A stretch of DNA of 64,000 nucleotides from Dehalococcoidia bacterium (lineage in GTDB: Bacteria > Chloroflexota > Dehalococcoidia > Plut-88900). Position numbers and translations under genes: made by a program. The notes under the pieces were generated by a model. It ran no database searches. It was not told the DNA's origin and saw only the letters and a list, made by a program, of their open reading frames with translations. The DNA lies in NCBI GenBank assembly GCA_965197585.1, contig OZ240215.1:736001-800000 (forward strand), written 5' to 3'. Shown piece after piece: positions 46,734-56,901 of the stretch (positions are counted from its first letter, which is position 1; every line of letters begins with the position of its first letter).

Positions 46734-49700
46734 ATGAGAGCCTCCCGGAGTCTTGCGACGCTCCCACTGATTCTCCTCGGACTGACGGCCATCGCCGCCC
46801 TGGTGCTCATACCCTGGGTTGTCCAGGCACAGAGCCAGACGTCAGATGAGAATACAGTGGTTTGGTCGGCCGACATGTATGTCGTGGAATACACCTCCGT
46901 TTCCATTGGAGCTGCCAGCGCCGACCTTTTCTCCAACATAGGGGGCAGCGGAAACCTTAACATAAAGTCGCTTTGGTCCCATGTTCCTAACCGTGATATC
47001 CACCTGAGCTTCGAAGATGGGGTTCCCGATGCCGCGGACTATACGCTCAAAGTTGGCGACCTCACTCTGGAATTTCCAAAGGGAAGTTCCGAGAACAGTA
47101 GCTTCAAATGGGCGGATGTGGACGTCGATTGGGAGGACGGACAGACGATTCCTGTGAGCATCGTCCCAACGTCGGTGCTGGTGAAACCCACTCCCAACAG
47201 TGATGCCACCGGTCTGCCGACCATCAGCGGTACGCCCCAAGTGAGGGAGACCCTGACGGCGGATACGGCGGACATTGCCGACGGGGATGGGCTGAACAAC
47301 GTTGCTTACCGATACCAGTGGGTCGCCGGGGGTTCGGACATCAACGGGGCCACCGGTTCAACCTACACCCTGACTACCAGCGAGCAGGGCAAGACCATCA
47401 AGGTGAAGGTGTCCTTCACTGACGACGCCGATAACGAGGAGACCCTGACCAGCGAAGCTACGGTGGAGGTAGCTGCGGCGCCCAACCGTGATGCCACGGG
47501 CGCGCCGACCATCAGCGGGACGCCCCAGGTGAGGGAGACCCTGACGGCGGATACGGCGGACATTGCCGACGGGGACGGGCTGAGCAACGTTACTTACCGA
47601 TTCCAGTGGATCACGAATAACGGGTACGCCGACGCGGACATTGAGGACGCAACGGACTCCACCTATACCCTGTCCGACACCGATGTGGGCAAGACCATCA
47701 AGGTTCGGGTCTCATTCGCCGACGCCGCCGATAACGACGAGTCCCTGACCAGCGTGGGGACAACAGCAGTTCTCGCCACCGTACCCACACAGCCTTTGAG
47801 CCTGGCCGTGGCAACAGGAGACCAAATCCAGGAACTTGATGCGTCTTGGCAGGCCCCCTCATCCAACGGTGGTTCCGCCATCACTGGATACAAGGTGCAG
47901 TGGAAGGAGGCGGCCGACAGCTGGGACACCGCAGCGGACGTTTCCGAGGCCACGGTGACCGGGACTACGGACACTATCACCGGATTGACTGGAGGGGTGG
48001 CATACGCCGTTCGGGTCATAGCCAGCAACGTCATGGGCTACGGTCCGGCATCTACCGAGGCGGCGGGCACGCCTAGCGGAGGCATCTCGGAGCAGAACAC
48101 CGAGTCTGAGAACTCTGCGCCCGCCGGCCTGCCCACCATCAGCGGGACGCCCGAGGCGGAACAGACGCTGACGGCGGACACCTCGGCCATTACCGACGGG
48201 GACGGGTTGACCAATGTTTCCTACGGCTACCAGTGGATCAGGAACGACGGGAACGCCGACGCCGACATTGAGGATGCAACGGACTCGACCTACAAGCTGT
48301 CCGACGCCGACGTGGGCAAGACCATCAAGGTGAAGGTGAGCTTCACCGATGACGCTGACAACCAGGAGACCCTCACCAGCGCGGCTACTGACGAAGTGGT
48401 GGCGGCCCAGGCAAGCAGTCAAGGCACCACTCTTCCTACCGTCATCGGACCTGCCGTGGTCGACCAGACGCTGACCGTGTCCACGTCGGACATCGCCGAC
48501 GACGACGGACTGACCAACGTTTCCTACAGTTACCAGTGGATTCGCAGCGGCACCAACGGTGACACCGACATAGCGGGCCAGACAGCATCCACGTACACGC
48601 TGGTCGCCGCAGATGTGGGCAACGCAATCAAGGTCAAGGTGTCCTTCGATGACGACGCCAACAACCAGGAGACTCGCACCAGCGAGGCGACCGCGACCGT
48701 GGTGGCCAAGCCGAACGTGATTGTTATTCTAGTGGATGACCTGGGGTACAACGACGTCAGCTACAACGGCGCCACGCAGATTCAGACGACAAACATAGAC
48801 CGCCTGGCCAGCCGCGGCGTTACATTCACGAATGGATATGTGCCCTACTCAACTTGCACTCCGTCCCGAGCTGGCCTTCTGACCGGTCGTTACCCGTCAA
48901 GGTTCGGTTTGGAAGGCAACCTGGCGTACGCTCCCTTTGACGATAACCATGGGCTTCCACTAGAGGAAACGCTCTTTCCCGAAAGACTTCAAGACGAAGG
49001 CTATCGGACTGGTATCGTGGGCAAGTGGCAGCTTGGAGCCGCACGGAGATTCAACCCGCTTAACCGGGGATTCGACTACTTCTTCGGTTTCCTGGGCGGT
49101 GGGCACAGCTATTGGCACTCAAATACGACGTCCCCGCACGACCACATGCAACTCCCGCTCATCGAGAACACCGGTTACGGAGAGTTCGACGGATATTTGA
49201 CGGACGTCCTCACCGACAGAGCAATAGACTTTATCGAGAAACCAACGGACGAACCCTTTTTCCTCTACCTGGCCTACAACGCGCCACACACTCCACTACA
49301 GGCCCCGCAGGAACTCATCGACAAGTACTCCACCGTTGAAGACCGCAAGCGGCGCATCTACCTCGCAATGGTGGACTCGCTCGACCAGAACATCGGCAGA
49401 GTGCTGGACGCCCTGGACGAATCCTCCCTCGCCGACAACACCGTCATCTTCTTCCTCAGCGACAACGGCGGCCGGTCCGGCAAGCCTCCGGAATCAGACC
49501 ACGCCGACAACAACCCGCTCCGCGGCGCGAAAGACAGTTTCTACGAAGGCGGAATACACGTACCTTTTGTCGCTTCATGGCCAGCCATGTGGCCCGAAGG
49601 GCACACCTACGATCCTATGGTCATCAGCCTGGACATAGCCTCTACCGTCCTGAAGCTGGCAAACGCCACCTCCGAAGACCCCGACAGGCCGATCGACGGA

Positions 49701-51923
49701 GTCGACCTTGACCCATTTCTCCGAGGCGCAGAAGAAGGCCCCCCGCATCAGGCATTGTTCTGGCGCGACTGGAGAAGCGGAGGCTACGCAGTCCGCTCCG
49801 GCGATGACAAACTGATCAAAGAAAGGCGCATTCACGGAAAACCCCAACCCATCCTGGACACAGGTGAAAGCCCCGAGCTATTCGACCTCGAGAACGACAT
49901 CAGCGAGTCACAAGACCTGCTGGCCGAGCAGCCGAAGACAGCACAAGAGCTTGCAGCGCTGTGGAACGCATGGAACGCAGACAACGCCATCGGCAACCTG
50001 TTCTACGGCATCAGTTCCTACAACGACAACCTCAAGGCATACCTGCAAGGCTATTACGACCAAAGGTTCCTCACTGCGACACAATTGCCGAAGTATGAAA
50101 TAGATTTACCTCTTGTGCAGCCACCCGTAGCCGACGGCAATGCCACGGGCTTGCCGACCATCAGCGGGACGCCACAGGTGAGGGAGACCCTGACGGCGGA
50201 TACGGCGGACATTGCCGACGAGGACGGGCTGACCAACGTTGCTTACCGATACCAGTGGAGCGCCGGGGGTTCGGACATCAACGGGGCCACCAGTTCCACC
50301 TACATCCTGACCGCCAGCGAGCAGGGCAAGACCATCAAGGTGAAGGTGTCCTTCACCGACGACGCCGATAACGAGGAGACCCTGACCAGTGAAGCGACAG
50401 TGGCCGTAGCTGCGGCGCCCAACCGTGATGCCACGGGCTTGCCGACCATCAGCGGGACGCCACAGGTGAGGGAGACCCTCACGGCGGATACGGCGGACAT
50501 TGCCGACGAGGACGGGCTGACCAACGTTGCTTACCGATACCAGTGGAGCGCCGGGGGTTCGGACATCAACGAGGCCACCAGTTCCACCTACATCCTGACC
50601 GCCAGCGAGCAGGGCAAGACCATCAAGGTGAAGGTGTCCTTCACCGACGACGCCGATAACGAGGAGACTCTGACCAGCGAAACGACAGTGGCCGTAGCTG
50701 CAGCTGCCAACCGCGGGGCCACGGGCCAGCCCACCATCAGCGGTACGCCCCAGGTGAGGGAGACCCTCACGACGGATACGGCGGACATTGCCGACGAGGA
50801 CGGGCTGACCAACGTCTCATACAGCTACCAGTGGATCGCGGGAGGGACGGACATCGGCGGGGCCACCGGCTCCACCCACACCCTGACCGCCAGCGAACAG
50901 GGCAAGACCATCAAGGTGAAGGTGTCCTTCACCGACGACGCCGATAACGAGGAGACTCTGACCAGCGAAACGACAGTGGCCGTAGCTGCAGCTGCCAACC
51001 GCGGGGCCACGGGCCAGCCCACCATCAGCGGTACGCCCCAGGTGGGCCAGACGCTGACGGCGGATACGGCAAACATCGTCGACCAAGACGGGCTGACCAA
51101 CGTCTCATACAGCTACCAGTGGATCGCGGGAGGGACGGACATCGGCGGGGCCACCGGCTCCACCCACACCCTGACCACCAGCGAGCAGGGACAGACCATC
51201 CAGGTGCGGGTGACCTTCACCGACGACGCCGATAATGAAGAGACCCTGACCAGCATTGCTACCGTCGCCGTTACGGCGGCCGCTGCCCAAGCCAACAACC
51301 CGCCCACCGGCCTGCCCGGCATCAGCGGGACCCCCCAGGTGAGAGAGACGCTGACGGCGGACACCTCGCCCATAGACGACCAGGACGGGCTGACCAACGT
51401 TGCCTACCGTTACCAGTGGACCGCCGGAGGGTCGGACATCAACGGGGCCACCAGTTCCACCTACATCCTGACCGCCAGCGAGCAGGGCAAGACCATCAAG
51501 GTGAAGGTGTCCTTCACCGACGACGCCGATAACGAGGAGTCCCTGACCAGCGAAGCGACAGTGGCCGTAGCTGCGGCGCCAGTTCCGCTCACCGTCAGCC
51601 TGACCGTCACGGCCCCGGCGACCCATGACGGATCGTCAGAGTTCACCTTTGACATCGAGTTCAGCGAGGAGTTCGGCCTGAGCTACGTGACCCTGAAGAC
51701 CCATGCCTTCAATGTGACGGGAGGCACGGTCGAGACTGCGCAGAGAACGGACAAGCCCAGCAACATCTCCTGGCGCATCACGGTAAAGCCGCAAGGCAAC
51801 GGGGACGTGACCATCGTTCTGCCCGTCACCACGGACTGCGACGCCGACGGGGCCATCTGCACCGCGGACGGCAGGAAACTGTCCAACTCGCTGAGCTTCA
51901 CTGTATCGGGGCCGGGCCAATAG
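46734..51923 (+). CDS. secreted 1729-aa Ig-like-repeat/FN3 protein with embedded sulfatase domain
   Basis: signal peptide ending VQA; nine ~96-aa PTISG...YQW...VSFTDD repeats; FN3 (WQAP...GYKVQW); PNVIVILVDDLG and CTPSRAGLLTG sulfatase signature; SDNG. Confidence 0.9.
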   Translation: MRASRSLATLPLILLGLTAIAALVLIPWVVQAQSQTSDENTVVWSADMYVVEYTSVSIGAASADLFSNIGGSGNLNIKSLWSHVPNRDIHLSFEDGVPDAADYTLKVGDLTLEFPKGSSENSSFKWADVDVDWEDGQTIPVSIVPTSVLVKPTPNSDATGLPTISGTPQVRETLTADTADIADGDGLNNVAYRYQWVAGGSDINGATGSTYTLTTSEQGKTIKVKVSFTDDADNEETLTSEATVEVAAAPNRDATGAPTISGTPQVRETLTADTADIADGDGLSNVTYRFQWITNNGYADADIEDATDSTYTLSDTDVGKTIKVRVSFADAADNDESLTSVGTTAVLATVPTQPLSLAVATGDQIQELDASWQAPSSNGGSAITGYKVQWKEAADSWDTAADVSEATVTGTTDTITGLTGGVAYAVRVIASNVMGYGPASTEAAGTPSGGISEQNTESENSAPAGLPTISGTPEAEQTLTADTSAITDGDGLTNVSYGYQWIRNDGNADADIEDATDSTYKLSDADVGKTIKVKVSFTDDADNQETLTSAATDEVVAAQASSQGTTLPTVIGPAVVDQTLTVSTSDIADDDGLTNVSYSYQWIRSGTNGDTDIAGQTASTYTLVAADVGNAIKVKVSFDDDANNQETRTSEATATVVAKPNVIVILVDDLGYNDVSYNGATQIQTTNIDRLASRGVTFTNGYVPYSTCTPSRAGLLTGRYPSRFGLEGNLAYAPFDDNHGLPLEETLFPERLQDEGYRTGIVGKWQLGAARRFNPLNRGFDYFFGFLGGGHSYWHSNTTSPHDHMQLPLIENTGYGEFDGYLTDVLTDRAIDFIEKPTDEPFFLYLAYNAPHTPLQAPQELIDKYSTVEDRKRRIYLAMVDSLDQNIGRVLDALDESSLADNTVIFFLSDNGGRSGKPPESDHADNNPLRGAKDSFYEGGIHVPFVASWPAMWPEGHTYDPMVISLDIASTVLKLANATSEDPDRPIDGVDLDPFLRGAEEGPPHQALFWRDWRSGGYAVRSGDDKLIKERRIHGKPQPILDTGESPELFDLENDISESQDLLAEQPKTAQELAALWNAWNADNAIGNLFYGISSYNDNLKAYLQGYYDQRFLTATQLPKYEIDLPLVQPPVADGNATGLPTISGTPQVRETLTADTADIADEDGLTNVAYRYQWSAGGSDINGATSSTYILTASEQGKTIKVKVSFTDDADNEETLTSEATVAVAAAPNRDATGLPTISGTPQVRETLTADTADIADEDGLTNVAYRYQWSAGGSDINEATSSTYILTASEQGKTIKVKVSFTDDADNEETLTSETTVAVAAAANRGATGQPTISGTPQVRETLTTDTADIADEDGLTNVSYSYQWIAGGTDIGGATGSTHTLTASEQGKTIKVKVSFTDDADNEETLTSETTVAVAAAANRGATGQPTISGTPQVGQTLTADTANIVDQDGLTNVSYSYQWIAGGTDIGGATGSTHTLTTSEQGQTIQVRVTFTDDADNEETLTSIATVAVTAAAAQANNPPTGLPGISGTPQVRETLTADTSPIDDQDGLTNVAYRYQWTAGGSDINGATSSTYILTASEQGKTIKVKVSFTDDADNEESLTSEATVAVAAAPVPLTVSLTVTAPATHDGSSEFTFDIEFSEEFGLSYVTLKTHAFNVTGGTVETAQRTDKPSNISWRITVKPQGNGDVTIVLPVTTDCDADGAICTADGRKLSNSLSFTVSGPGQ
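50141..51580 (+). repeat. coding tandem repeats, 288-bp period
   Basis: units start at 50141, 50429, 50717 and 51005, with a fifth at about 51300. Confidence 0.9.
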
Positions 51924-52077
51924 GAGGCTACGGGAAAAGCAAACACATATAGACAGACGAGTGAGGCAAGCGTACGAAGGGGATCTGGACCGCCCAAGGT
52001 CTAAGTCGTACGGGAGATGAGTCGCCTCCGCTCGTATAGAAAAGAGCCTCCGGCTGTGCTCTAGGAGGGCTTGCTCG

Positions 52078-52323
52078 ATGCCCCGACAGCGCACTCGCTA
52101 CAGCACCACAACCCACGCCTTCACCGAAGACTTCCCGGAGCGGCTGAAGCGTTTCCAGAGGGAGTCTGGGCTGTCGTGGTCGGAGATCTCCCGGCGTCTG
52201 GCAACCTACCGCCACACCGTATGGCGTTGGAAGGAAGGCAGAGGTCGACCCAACGCCGAGCACATGATCGCCCTCCTCGACCTGGCCGAAGACCTGGGTC
52301 TCCTCCACCTGTTCACCGAGTAA
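52078..52323 (+). CDS. XRE-family helix-turn-helix protein
   Basis: GLSWSEISRRL...TVWRWKEG...P pattern; AGGAGG RBS. Confidence 0.75.
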   Translation: MPRQRTRYSTTTHAFTEDFPERLKRFQRESGLSWSEISRRLATYRHTVWRWKEGRGRPNAEHMIALLDLAEDLGLLHLFTE

Positions 52324-52418
52324 TAGGGCGACGCGGGCGCAGGGGCCTACTGCAACGCAAAAAGGGCCGCACACATAGATGGGCCATGCTCCTACCGGCC
52401 TGACGGTTTCGGTTCGGT

Positions 52419-52739
52419 CTACTTTGGCAGCAGCCGGGCGCTCTCACGATATTCCTTCGCCTCGCCCGGCTGACCCTCGGCCTCAAGGTCCCGGCTGGTC
52501 TTCACGGCGAAGGGCGCCGCCCGGGACTTGCACCCCTCACAGACGACCCCGACCGGATTGCCGTACAAGCGGTCCTCCAGGTCGCCGTTCACGCCTCTCC
52601 GGTCGTTGGCTGGGGCGTCGGCCCCGCAGAGAGCCCTCTCGCGGGCCGCGTTCTCGTCGAACAGGTGCATCTCCATCACTTCATACCTCCTGCTGGTATC
52701 TACTCCCACCGTCAATGACTCGTCCCTTCGGATTCTCAT
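52419..52739 (-). CDS. hypothetical protein, possible Zn-binding
   Basis: H..ALCG..CEGC; start uncertain. Confidence 0.4.
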   Translation of the reverse strand: MRIRRDESLTVGVDTSRRYEVMEMHLFDENAARERALCGADAPANDRRGVNGDLEDRLYGNPVGVVCEGCKSRAAPFAVKTSRDLEAEGQPGEAKEYRESARLLPK

Positions 52740-52911
52740 TCCAACTCTCCTCCTTTATAGCTGTGCCTGAAATGCAAAAAGACCCCATACATGGACGCGC
52801 AAATGGCGCTAAACGCAAAAAGGACTGTATACATGAATGGGCGGGGGAGACCGTCGCCCTGCGACGACCTCCCCCGTATCTCTGCGGTCTGCAGCCGCGT
52901 CGGTCGGCCCC

Positions 52912-53427
52912 CTAGAACAGCCTCAGCGTCTGCTGTTGTGCCTGCGACTCCTCTGCCGAGCCGGTTGCGTCCTGGGCCGCCCCCTGCCCGCGCCGGTTCC
53001 GGCGTCCGGTGGGGGGATCGGGCCTCACGTGGGCCGGGTGCTTGGGGTTGTCTTCCCACCTGGCCCTCGCCCTCTCGACCACCGCCAGGGTCTCCTGCGT
53101 CAGGCCACTCAGGTCGCCTTCATCGAACGTCTCGATGTGGGGGTCCGACGAGGGCTGCTGCACCCCTATGGTGCCCCTGCCAGCCTTGATTAGGACGACG
53201 ATCTTGAGGTCCTCCGGCGGAGCGTCCTGCTCTCCGGTGTCGTCAGAACCCTGTCCGTCCCGTTCGGCCTCCCTGTTGGTGTCCTGCTCACCGGCAGCCG
53301 CATCGTTGGAGTCTCCCTCCTCCACGATAGTCGCAGGAGCGGTGTCGTCCGCCTTGTCTCCGAAGAGACTGTCGTCTGCGCCGGGCGCATCCGATTGGGT
53401 TGCTTCCGTTCTCTTCTCGTCAGCCAT
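52912..53427 (-). CDS. hypothetical protein
   Basis: AGGAG RBS, acidic N-terminus, co-oriented with backbone. Confidence 0.6.
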   Translation of the reverse strand: MADEKRTEATQSDAPGADDSLFGDKADDTAPATIVEEGDSNDAAAGEQDTNREAERDGQGSDDTGEQDAPPEDLKIVVLIKAGRGTIGVQQPSSDPHIETFDEGDLSGLTQETLAVVERARARWEDNPKHPAHVRPDPPTGRRNRRGQGAAQDATGSAEESQAQQQTLRLF

Positions 53428-53462
53428 GGTCTTCTCCTTTACTCATTGGTTCTCCGATTGGG

Positions 53463-53849
53463 TTATGCCGCGAGCCTCGCCTCCCTCCTGATCTCGCCCA
53501 GGGTCTTCGGCTCCCAATACAGGTCGCGCTCCACGGCGGGGACTTGGCCGAAAACCGTCACCTCCGCCAGCTCGTCGAGAGCGAAGTAACCGAGCTCGGT
53601 CTCGAAGCCCTCGACGAGGCCGAAGCAGAGCCCGGTCTCGGCCTCCCACTCGGTGACGTACCAGCGCCATCCGTTGTAGGGGGAGAACAGTTTCACTCTT
53701 GCGACCACGGCGTCGGGGTCGTCCGCGCCGTCATTGGCGTACAGGGGCGGGATCGTGGCCCCGAGCTCTTTCGTCATGAGCTTGTGCCTGCGGAGGCCGC
53801 TGTGGGCGTCCTGCCACATGGTCTTGGTGGTCCCGTTCTTGTCAGTCAT
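53463..53849 (-). CDS. DUF2958-like protein
   Basis: KLFSPY..WRWYVTE, FGLVEG.ETELGYF, ERDLYW. Confidence 0.75.
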   Translation of the reverse strand: MTDKNGTTKTMWQDAHSGLRRHKLMTKELGATIPPLYANDGADDPDAVVARVKLFSPYNGWRWYVTEWEAETGLCFGLVEGFETELGYFALDELAEVTVFGQVPAVERDLYWEPKTLGEIRREARLAA

Positions 53850-53908
53850 GGTTTCTCCTCTCGTTGTTGCTTCTCAAGGTGTATCCGTTGGCGTTGTTCC
53901 CTAGGCTG

Positions 53909-54718
53909 CTAATTCCCCCATTCGGAGTCGGGCCCCACCACCCGCTCCACCGCCTCCGGGGTGGCGTAGCTTGGCGTGACCGTCCCCTGCTCCATGTCCA
54001 GGTAGAGGCCCATGAAGGGGCAGGATCCCGCCACCATGCGGCGGACCACCTGTAAGACCAGCGACGCCATCATCTGGTTGATGGTCGGGTCCTGGTCGGT
54101 GAGGTCGAGGGCGGCGGCGCAGTCCACGTCGGGCGGCCTAATCGAGACAGCCGTGAGCAGGTCGGGACGCTGGAGCGCGGGAGCGGGCAGCAGGTGACAG
54201 GTCTCGCCGACGAAGGCAGGTTCGTCCCAGCTAACCTTGCCGGATACGTTGCCGACGAGGACCTGTCCCCAGTTGGTGTCGTTGCCCGCGTCGATGAGCC
54301 ACCGGCGCGGGTCTCCCGGCAGGCACTCCGCCATAGCCCGCCGTGCGGCGGCGTTGTCGGCGCAGCCGATGATGAGGCTGTCGCCGTAGGGCGGGAGGCC
54401 CGGGTAGCAGTGCCCGTAGGGGCGGGAGTCGCCCTCCCGGAAGGGGTAGACCGAGTAGCCGACGGGACGGTTGAAGGCCCTGGCCAGCCGGTCGGCCAGG
54501 GCCTGGCTCTTAAAGCGGCCCACGTCCTCCGGGTAGAAATTCTGGCGCAGCAGGTTGTGGGGCTCCACCCGGTCGTGGTCGACCAGGACGATGGTGGCCT
54601 CCCGCCCCTGAAAGAGGCGGCAGAGGCCCTCGGCGACGAAGCCGCCGGTCCCCCCGCAGCCGACCACGGTGATCCACGGGTTGTCGAGCAGGAATGCGTT
54701 GTCCAGGTAGTAGGGCAT
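53909..54718 (-). CDS. PRTRC ThiF-family (E1-like) protein
   Basis: VGCGGTG, DHDRVEPHNLLRQ, GCADN, IDAGN, INQ. Confidence 0.85.
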   Translation of the reverse strand: MPYYLDNAFLLDNPWITVVGCGGTGGFVAEGLCRLFQGREATIVLVDHDRVEPHNLLRQNFYPEDVGRFKSQALADRLARAFNRPVGYSVYPFREGDSRPYGHCYPGLPPYGDSLIIGCADNAAARRAMAECLPGDPRRWLIDAGNDTNWGQVLVGNVSGKVSWDEPAFVGETCHLLPAPALQRPDLLTAVSIRPPDVDCAAALDLTDQDPTINQMMASLVLQVVRRMVAGSCPFMGLYLDMEQGTVTPSYATPEAVERVVGPDSEWGN

Positions 54719-54778
54719 CTTCAGTTCACCTCCTTGTCTTTGGATTGTTGTCTCGTGTCTCCTCCGGCTCCTAGCGCA

Positions 54779-55375
54779 TCAGCCGGAGGCCCCGATCCGG
54801 CCGGCGATCACCTGGGACCAATGCGCGGGTGCGAAATGGCCGTAGACGCCGACCCGCAGGCTCAGCTCGGGCAGGTCCGTGTCGAGGCGTCCGACGACGC
54901 CGTAGATTCGGAACCCCTGCTCGTCCCGGTCGTCGGTATCCGAGAAGAAGGCGGGGGAGGTTCCGTGGGAGTGGAACTCGGCGACCACTCCGGTGGGCGG
55001 CCGGTAGGTGAGGGATGTAGTGGTCCCGGTCTGCGGGGGCACCACCAGCCCATAAGCCTGCCCGTCCCAGCGCACTGCAAAGAACCGCTCGGTGTCCGGG
55101 ACGATCCGGAACCAGCGCAGACCCAGCTCTAAGACCTCAGCCGGGATCGGGCCGTGACCCAACACCACCTTCTCGGCCACGGGAGCGAGCCCCCGCACCT
55201 CGCAGGGGGCGACCAGAACCCGTGCCGCCAGATGGGGGCTCTCGGACTGGACGTAGACGCCTCCGGCCCCCAGCACGTAGTCGTAGCCGATTCCCTGGAC
55301 TCCGGAGAGTCCGGCGGGGTGGTTGACCAGGTAGCCTACCGGCTCCGGTCCTGCGTTAGCGGTAGCGGTAGCCAA
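54779..55375 (-). CDS. JAB/MPN metalloprotease (PRTRC protein A-like)
   Basis: E...HSHG...FFSDTDDRDE; TTG start after GAGGG inferred. Confidence 0.85.
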   Translation of the reverse strand: MATATANAGPEPVGYLVNHPAGLSGVQGIGYDYVLGAGGVYVQSESPHLAARVLVAPCEVRGLAPVAEKVVLGHGPIPAEVLELGLRWFRIVPDTERFFAVRWDGQAYGLVVPPQTGTTTSLTYRPPTGVVAEFHSHGTSPAFFSDTDDRDEQGFRIYGVVGRLDTDLPELSLRVGVYGHFAPAHWSQVIAGRIGASG

Positions 55376-56066
55376 GTCTACCCTCGGAGACCGCCATGGC
55401 GTGGGACACCGTGCACTGGGGAACAAGGTCCTCGGTTGGGTATTCGTTCTTTCCATCGATCTCCTCCCATAGCGCTAGCAGGTTGCCGGGGTGCTTCTTC
55501 GAGCGGTCCCGGGAGTCACCGGTGAGCGAGAAGTAGGACTGGAAGAAGGACTCCGGCATCAGCCCGACCTCATCGGGGAACCTATGGCTACCCGGACAGA
55601 CCCTGCCGTCGCCGAAGACGTTGAAGGCCGGGGCCCGGTAGAGTTGTTGCTCGACGTCGCTGGGTCTGTTCAGGGACGCGTAGACCCAGGGAGCGCGGCC
55701 CGGCGAGCAGACGAAGACCAGGCCGGGCATGGGGATCCTGAGCCTTGAGGGAGGCTTGAACGCCTCCCGCCCGAGGGCTACCGGCCAGACCTGGGGCGGC
55801 CTCCAGAGGGCCACCACCTGTCCGGCCTCCCCCTGGTTCCACCAGAGGGCATTCTCCGGCAGGAGCCCCGAGGAGAACCCCAGGTGTCTCGTGAGCGCGC
55901 CCGAGATCTCGTCCGCCGAGACGGTCCTGACCCAATTGGAATCGTTCTCGAAGCCCCGCAGCAGGATGGTCTCGCCGTAGACCTCCATCTGCAATTTGAG
56001 GTCGTCCTTGGGGACCTCAGCCGGGCCCGGCAGGGACCATTGGGTCGCATCGGGTTCATTGCTCAT
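55356..56066 (-). CDS. prokaryotic E2 family D (PRTRC protein B-like)
   Basis: PMPGLVF, LYRAPAFNV..GRVCPG, FFQSYFS. Confidence 0.8.
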   Translation of the reverse strand: MSNEPDATQWSLPGPAEVPKDDLKLQMEVYGETILLRGFENDSNWVRTVSADEISGALTRHLGFSSGLLPENALWWNQGEAGQVVALWRPPQVWPVALGREAFKPPSRLRIPMPGLVFVCSPGRAPWVYASLNRPSDVEQQLYRAPAFNVFGDGRVCPGSHRFPDEVGLMPESFFQSYFSLTGDSRDRSKKHPGNLLALWEEIDGKNEYPTEDLVPQCTVSHAMAVSEGRLGYRYR

Positions 56067-56901
56067 GGTCGTTGTCCTCCTTGTCTTGCTGTTGTTCGGG
56101 TAGCCGCTCCAGGACGAAGTCCAGCATCTCGGCGAAGCGGCCGGGGAGGTCACCCTCCAGCCACTCGGTCAGCCGGTTCACCGAGTCCATGACGGACTCG
56201 GCCCGGCGCCACTCCTGGGTTCCCTGCTCGATGACCTCGGCCTCCCAGGGGTCGGCGAACCCCTCGTACATCCCGTCGTCGTAGCAGTAGTCGAGGAAGA
56301 AGTTGCCGGTCTCGGCAAAGACCCAGGCGCAGGCCTGGGCCGCCCCCTCGAACCGGGTCCCCTTCAGCGCACTGGTGAGGGCGTCCAGGGGTATGCCGCA
56401 CTTAGGGAGTCTTAGCAGGATCTCTTGCGGGATGCGGTGGCCGGCCGACTCGAGCCAGGCCACCCGCAGCCCGTCGGGTTCCTCGTAGTAGGAATCGGGG
56501 GGCTTTACCAGCAGGACGAGGGCCGAGAGGCCGTCGCGGTAGCCGTCCCAATTCTCGTGGAGGCCGTCGTAGCCGAAGCCCATCAACTCGAAGGGGATGC
56601 CCCTTCGCAGCCAGGACCAGGGAGGCTCATCTCCATTCTCCATGTAGTAGTCGAAGAACGGGGCGTAGAGGGGGAAGTGCCGCTCCCCGAAGAGATTGGC
56701 GAAGCGCTCCACTCTTTTGGCTGCGTCGGGGCCGGCCAGCACCGACTCCGCGTCCTGGGGAAAGAGGCGGCGCACCAGCCCCGCGAACCAGGCGTAGTCG
56801 TCGGCGTATCCGACCAGGGTGACCAGCTCCCGCAGCGACGGCGGACGCCACAGGAGCAGTTTTGCCAGGCCATTCAGTAGCGGCGGGGACGCAGCATGCA
56901 T
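56056..56901 (-). CDS. hypothetical protein of PRTRC cassette
   Basis: 281-aa ORF overlapping both neighbours. Confidence 0.6.
   Translation of the reverse strand: MHAASPPLLNGLAKLLLWRPPSLRELVTLVGYADDYAWFAGLVRRLFPQDAESVLAGPDAAKRVERFANLFGERHFPLYAPFFDYYMENGDEPPWSWLRRGIPFELMGFGYDGLHENWDGYRDGLSALVLLVKPPDSYYEEPDGLRVAWLESAGHRIPQEILLRLPKCGIPLDALTSALKGTRFEGAAQACAWVFAETGNFFLDYCYDDGMYEGFADPWEAEVIEQGTQEWRRAESVMDSVNRLTEWLEGDLPGRFAEMLDFVLERLPEQQQDKEDNDHEQ

Noticed and set aside
46168-46737. 189-aa ORF running through lox-like site 2
   Set aside because: No recognisable motif or good RBS. It overlaps the next start (ATGA), so it cannot be excluded, but it is not supported enough to call.
50141-51580. Non-coding repeat array or DGR template/variable repeats
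   Set aside because: In-frame 96-aa protein domains; no reverse transcriptase in the window and no evident adenine-specific variation.
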